DNA of 64,000 nt from assembly GCF_009914755.1 (NCBI RefSeq), contig NC_060932.1; one strand, written 5' to 3'. Of the stretch, positions 57,317 through 64,000 are shown piece by piece; positions within the stretch are counted from its first letter, which is position 1; every line of letters starts with the position of its first letter. The notes under the pieces are model-generated. The model made no database searches. It was not told the origin of the DNA and saw only the letters and a list, made by a program, of their open reading frames with translations. The position numbers and the translations under genes are program-made. This DNA is from the human T2T-CHM13v2.0 reference genome, Homo sapiens.

Positions 57317-57383
57317 ATTGGCAGTGGTAAATAATGATAATTTTTAAAATTGGCAGTGGTAAATAATGATAATTTTTAAAATT
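57317..57383. repeat. Perfect 32-bp tandem duplication
   Basis: ATTGGCAGTGGTAAATAATGATAATTTTTAAA at 57317 and 57349. Confidence 0.95.
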
Positions 57384-58559
57384 TCTGCAATATGCATCTA
57401 GTTTAACAGTTATCAGAAATTCTTGTTTCCTCTGAGGAATAGTTTGCAGCCACCCCATTCCATATCATTTGTGTTACCAAATCCTCTATGTTCATAATGA
57501 TAAATTCCAAGTATGCCCATCTAAGTAGCGATTTTTAAACTTAAACCATTTGATTTGCATTATTCTTCCTGGAATAAGCAGATTTGAACTTTAGAAAATC
57601 CTCTGGTTCCTTTGGGGGAAAGAAGGAGTAAGCAGGCATAACAGAGGAAATAAAATAATCAGTGGGTCAGGGATGTTCAGTGGAGAAAGTGAAAATGGAT
57701 CCACCAATTTTGATTATATTTTCAAGACTCATAATTTACCCTCAGGAAAGTTAAAAATGCTTTATTAGTCCTTTTGTGATCTCATTTCTCTTGCAAATTT
57801 CATTTTCAACTAATTTCCCTTGTATAAAATGTGAGGCAACTTGGGGATTTTGCAATGTGATGTGATTGTGCTTAGGGATGGTCTGGGTACCACGTTTTTA
57901 AGTAGACCGTAAGAGAAGGGTGACACTTGTCTTAATTTAGAGATTTTTAACATTTTAAGGTACTTAAAAACCATTATAAAATTTAGTATGGCGTTTATAG
58001 CAGAGTAATGTGGTGGAAACTTTTTGCACTGAGAGTCCCTGAACTATATAAGTATTCACAATTCCAGGCCTAGAAGTCGTTATGAAATGAAGTTTTACAT
58101 AGTGGAGACTATCCTGGGTTTTAAAGGATACTTTGGAATCTATCTACTTATGGGGTTCATACAAAGTCCTGGGAGATGATCCAGCATATCTGTAATCAGT
58201 GCTTTTAACCAGATTTCATTTACTTAGGAGATTTGTTTACTTTATCTGATTATGAGGGAACTGTATGAGTCACAATTCAAATTACCAATAATATCAGACA
58301 GTTAGATTGAGCATAGCTGGGTCAAGTTATTGTTAGTGCTGGGTGACTCTCTGATGTGAGCAAACTGTGCCCCACGTTTTGACTCAACCTGCTCCATACC
58401 TCTATGCTGTCATGGACTGCCATCATGGACAACACTATGCCTTGACAGGGCTCAGTAGTGGTCCCTACTTTTGACATTTTTCTCCTTTCTCTTCTTCAAT
58501 ACAAGTCTATCACTTTTGTGAACTATGCATTGTTCATTATCCAAGTCCATTGGAAAACT

Positions 58560-58850
58560 GAAACATGAACACAAACTTTGCCTCCTCTGGAAGCTTTCCC
58601 TGGCCCACTAGCTAGGTCATATTCTAGCTGTCACACATTCTCCTGGCTCTCTGTGCATCTGCACTGCCCTTTTCCCAGGTATAATTAGATATTCATGTAA
58701 GTACTTCTTTAATGTACATTTTCCCACTGTACTGTATGCTCTAAGAATGAAGGGACACTATATTGTTTACTGTTCTATACCCATTCCCTAACTCAATGCC
58801 TTGTGTATGTAGGAGGATCTTAATCATTTTACTGAATGAATGAATAGAAT
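58560..58850 (+). mobile_element. L2 3' end
   Basis: CCTCCTCTGGAAGCTTTCCCTG..GACACTAT..TTGTTTACTGTTCTATACCCA..TTTACTGAATGAATGAAT. Confidence 0.75.
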
Positions 58851-59454
58851 TTCAGCTAGATTTTATATAATAGTAGGCACTCCATACATGTTGAGTTGAA
58901 TACTGCCTCAATTCCATGTATAAGACCTTTTCTCAAATGGGATTTTGTGGAACAGTGGTTGGAATTTCAGTCACAGTGACAGTTCCATGGGAGATATAAT
59001 GCCTGCTCGGCATTTGATTAGAGCTGTTCCTAGTTTCCAATAACAATACAATGCCTTCCTCCCAAATGTAGTATCCAGTCAATGAGAGCTCATGGGATTT
59101 GCTTTATTCCAAACCATGTTAATTTCCCTTTACATTTGTACATTTGCTAACCTGATGTAGTAATGGCTGGATGTTATATGAAATTAAAAGGATTAAATAA
59201 ATCTCCTTGCTTCAAATTCAGAATGCTTTTGGTTAAATTAAAGGGAAAATTATAACCGCAGATATAAGCCAGTTTGGGTGTGGAGCAACCATGTGATGGA
59301 AATAGACTGAACTCCTGTGGATGCTTCCTGGGATGGTGCTGAATGCACTGCAACATGGCTGCGGCTGGAAGAAGCAGATGGGAGGCTTCTGGAGAGTTCC
59401 TTCCATGCCTCACCGTTTGCCATATTGGTTAGTCCTCCACCCTGAGAAAAAGAA

Positions 59455-59715
59455 GATGGTGGCATTTAAGGTTATACTCTGCAACCAGATCACATGAATT
59501 CAGAGCTCACATCTATCTTTTGTTATTTGGGTTTTTCTGGGCAAGTTACTTAAACTCTCTGTGCCTCATTCTCTTTACCTTCAAAACCAGAATAGTGGTA
59601 ATACCCACTGTGTAGAGTTATTGTGAAGATTAAATTAAATTTACATGTAAACACATGTAAAGTATGTAGAAGAGTTTGCTAGGGTAAATGCTTAGGAGGT
59701 ATTATTTTTATTATG
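59455..59715 (+). mobile_element. MIR
   Basis: TGGGCAAGTTACTTAAACTCTCTGTGCCTCA..TAGAGTTATTGTGAAGATTAAAT. Confidence 0.8.
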
Positions 59716-60159
59716 ACTAGATAGAGCATGGAACTTGAGCAATGGTGAAGGCTGACACTAGGCAAATGAAATAAGCCTGGTTTTCAAATGCCCATCATTC
59801 TGGCTAAAGAAACTTAAAAATGGGAGGAAACTCAGCTTAATATATGTCTCTCAACTACTTACATGAAATCATAACATTTGGAATATCTTATATTTAGTTT
59901 TAATATCTCTCTTGAGTAGGCAGGGGAAGTATTGATATGTGTCCTCAGCAGACCAGGGAATTAAAGATAGGGAAGTTAAATGTTTTGTCCAAGATCAAAT
60001 AGCCTATAAGCAGTGGATCAGGGATTAGAATTCAGTTCACTTGAAATTGTAGTCCAGGACTTTTGTATTACAACTTGGCTACTGCTCAAAGGTTGGCCTC
60101 AGATTCAAGACTCTTTAGCTTTTTCTGCCTTTTTTTTTTTTTTTATAAATCTATTCACC

Positions 60160-60520
60160 TTGATCATTCAAATGTACTTAAGACTACCCATTGTGTGGAT
60201 AGCACTATTGATTGAGATAATGTTCTATATGACATTGATTTTTTTCTGTCCATATTTAATAAATAGTTACTAAGTTTGGGGCAGTAGGGATGTAGAAATA
60301 AAAAAGACCTTGTTCTTGACCTCAAAGAACTTGTGTTACAGCGGGGAATGCAGATAGGAAATGAAATAAAATACAGCATGATGTGTGTTGATAATAAAGG
60401 AAAGCACATACGCCAAGAGGATAGAGTGTAGTATACAGGCAAGAACCCAGCTAGGAAGGCAGAGGAGGCCGTGGTTAAAGAAAGACATCTGAGCTGAGTC
60501 CATGTTGAGGTTAGATGTTA
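60160..60520 (-). mobile_element. L2 antisense fragment
   Basis: CATTCAAATGTACTTAAGACTACC..GACCTTGTTCTTGACCTCAAAGAACTT..GACATCTGAGCTGAGTC. Confidence 0.6.
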
Positions 60521-62077
60521 GTCAATGTTAATACTAAAGAGCTCACATGAATGGACACTTTTTTATATGGGAGGCACTGTTCTAAGTCCTGTGCATGTGT
60601 TAATAAGTAACAAAGAAATACAGCACTATTAAAATGGTGTTATAATTTGAAATGCAAAGCTTCAAAAATATATCTTGAATTTGTTCACTCTCTCAATCTT
60701 CAGTGCAATCATCACCTCTTTTGAACAATTTATGTGGCCCCTTCCACTCTTATCCAAGTCTAAGCCACTTCCTACAGAGCAGCCAGAATTCATTTCTTAA
60801 ATGACAAAATGGATGTAACTCTCCTACTTGAAGCCTTCACTGACTCTTATTTTATTCAAAATCCGCACCTTTTTTTCATGACCTATAAGCACTTACATTA
60901 TATAGCCTCTGACCTGTTTGCTTATCTTCAGTTTTTTTTCATTTCTTTCCTTTTCATTTGTGATTCCTTAATTTTTTACTTCTCCCATCTCTTCTCTCAT
61001 CTCCTACTGATGCCATTTCACAAGTCACTGTAGACAGTGCATAGAACACTGATACCATAGGATGCTAATATATGATTTAAAAAAATGGATTCATGGTTAG
61101 ATAGGTTTGGAAAATATACAGTCAAATGAGGACAGATTTTTTTGGTTTACTTTGCATAACGTTACCTATCTAAATTTGCATTATAAATTTTGCATTATTC
61201 TCTAACTTACTCATTAACAAAAAAACAAAATTTAAGATGATTCTTATATGAACACACTTTCAGAAGATACTTTGGGAAATGTCCCACCCTAAAGAAAAAC
61301 CATATTAAAGAGATCAATCTTAAGTTGGATTCAGAAGGTCAGCAAATGTATTACCCCAAAAATCTTATATCTGGGAGAAAAGATGGGGGGAACAGAGTTA
61401 AGAAAAGTTCATGAAATCCTAAGAGAGTCTCCTAAGAGACTCTCTCTTAGGAGATTCCGCAAGTGGAATACCTTGTGTATTCAACAACTAGGGTTTCTAT
61501 CATGTTCTCAAATTAGGTTCCAAGGATTGAAATTGAGTCATTCTTTTGAGTTAATTAATTCCAATCAGGGTTTATTAAGGATCTACTAGGATGAGTCTTT
61601 GACTGGAAAGCTTCCTTGGCAGAGAGCACCACGAGGATGAGAGAATTGTTCCTTTCCTGTTTTCCAATCAGATAGGGTGGCACTGTATTGATATGAGCTT
61701 GGGTGGTCCTTAACACATTTCCATGAATCAGAAATTATATTTGCCAAATGCTAATCTGTTGTAAAATTAATAGCAACATATGTGTGTGATGAGTATCATT
61801 TCATGGGTTTTATCTGTTTACAAAAGACGGGGAAAGGAAATTATAAAACCATATAGCATAAGTTCATAAAGTAAATGAAAGTTATATAGATTTAGTCAGT
61901 GTATCCAACTCTATATTAAATGATTTTAGAAGACTGAGAGAACACTTCCAGAGGGCTACAATGGTTTAATGCTAGTGTGGTTTTGTTCTGTTTTTGTGTT
62001 TTACTATTCTTTGTTAAACTTTTTGCAATTGTGTGTGCTAGAATTTCAGGGTGTGAGGAGTAGGTTGGTTATCCTAG

Positions 62078-62497
<420 letters not shown>

Positions 62498-63385
62498 TGA
62501 ACATTTTTGAAAACATATATTCAAAGAGAATATATTCTTAGAATATTTCTATTACTATTAGTAAGGAAAGAATATGACCTTCACAATGAAACATGGATGA
62601 ACTGTGTGTGTATGAAAAAAACTGATGACTAAAACTGATAACTAAAAGTTAAAGGCCTGCAGCTACTTAAAAGACAATCCTAGCACAAGTTACGAGTACT
62701 TTTGACTTGCAGGATTCATAAAATAACTAAAGGAAGACATTGATTAGATTGGCAACAGAATCCTAGGAAATTTGGTTGAGTTCATGCTGCCTGGATATAC
62801 AGGCATAGAACAGGGACAAAAGTACCTTCTGCCTAATTGTCCATGGCGATTCACAATTCAGAATTAACTTTACACAAAAAAGATATAAACCTTTATGTTG
62901 CCATTGTGATCTTACCATGAACTCAAAGGTGTTTGACTAGAAAAATCCCATTCTGTTTGTGACTTGTGAACTGAATACGTTTTGGACATTTAAATGGACA
63001 TCTTGGTCATTGGGTTTCTCTCCCATGCACAGACAAATAGATTAAAAAAAAATTCAGAGAAAGAAAGACCTGTACTTATTTGTGTTTGCTCAATCTCTTA
63101 CTTTACAAATGGAGGGTGTAACTTGTCCCAGGCAAGGATATTGCTTGCCAGGAACAAATAGAGCCCCATAAAAGCAATTTGCAAAAAAGTAATGTGTTGG
63201 TCCAGGGAGGCAATCTTTATACTTGCCAAGAAAATTATGGGAAGGATTGTAAGTAACAATTAAAGCCTCTGGGCCTCATCTGTGAAATCATGTCATCTAC
63301 TTCTTCCACTAAGTTTCTGTGGGGTTCAAATTAGAAAATGTATGCAAAATTAATTTTTCAACTCTAAATAATTTCTAAATGCTGC

Positions 63386-63743
63386 TGTCTTAGCCTACGT
63401 CCCTCCAGAAATAGACCCTGAATGAAAGAATCAAATGCAAATGGTCGTTTGCAAAGAAGATCCCAGAAAGCTCTGGTAGGAGGACGGGGAAGCAAGACCA
63501 ACAGAGACTAGGTTATTAAGTTGATTACTGCTATGGACAACTGGGGGCCCACTCCCACTAGTGTACAACACACCTTGGATGAGTGCCACCTGAACAGTGA
63601 GGAAGCTGGTGTAGTCTCCTCTCGCACTTATCTCTGGGCCATGCAGCCCAGAGAAATCTCTAACGTAGGGAGAAATGGGTGCTTGTAGTAGGCAGTTCTG
63701 AGGGTTCCCAGAATGGTGAAGAGTATCCCTTGCATCTGCTACA
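63386..63743 (-). mobile_element. LTR16C-like solo LTR
   Basis: TGTCTTAG..CCAGAAATAGACCCTGA..GATCCCAGAAAGC.CTGGTAGG..GATTACTGCTATGGACAACTGG..CATCTGCTACA. Confidence 0.75.
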
Positions 63744-63860
63744 ATTGGTTAACATCATGAAACAGAAGTTGGCTTGAAAGCAAGCTTTAATATAGCTCTA
63801 GGGTATGTCTACAGCTGGGCCTTTTATAGAATATTATTCCAGTGTAAAGAATGAATCCAG

Positions 63861-64000
63861 GGCCGGGCACAGTGGCTCATGCCTGTAATTCCAGCACTTT
63901 GGGAGGCTGAGGTGGGTGAATCACAAGGTCAGGAGTTTGAGATCAGCCTGACCAACATGGTGAAATCCATCTCTACTGAAAATACAAAAATTAGCTGGGT
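63861..64000 (+). mobile_element. Alu left arm (AluSg-like), cut by the window edge
   Basis: GGCCGGGCACAGTGGCTCATGCCTGTAAT..ATCACAAGGTCAGGAGTTTGAG. Confidence 0.95.

Noticed and set aside
61035-61285. Possible hAT-Charlie-type DNA transposon relic
   Set aside because: Only short motif similarity (GGTTAGATAGGTTTGGAAAAT, TTTGGGAAATG); family not assignable

Overview
Primate (very probably human or great-ape) genomic DNA, AT-rich and largely made of interspersed repeats. These include a full-length THE1A MaLR provirus, solo THE1B/MST/MLT1/LTR16 LTRs, a decayed ERVL provirus, a near full-length L1PB, a long old L1M carrying many nested insertions (including a young L1PA2 with a perfect TSD), about ten Alus, L2/MIR relics and MER2/MER5A/MER33 DNA transposons. 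I found no host protein-coding gene, RNA gene or CpG island. The recognisable ORFs are repeat-derived and the rest look like chance ORFs. The window looks intergenic or deep-intronic, and I found no convincing new biological system. The best leads are a non-repeat nested palindrome cluster (~22.18-22.46 kb), a candidate 28-nt minus-strand micro-exon with a Kozak ATG (59414-59441), and THE1 LTRs with intact DUX4 motifs, two of them convergent. Subfamily names come from remembered consensus sequences and need RepeatMasker/Dfam confirmation; boundaries of old elements are approximate.
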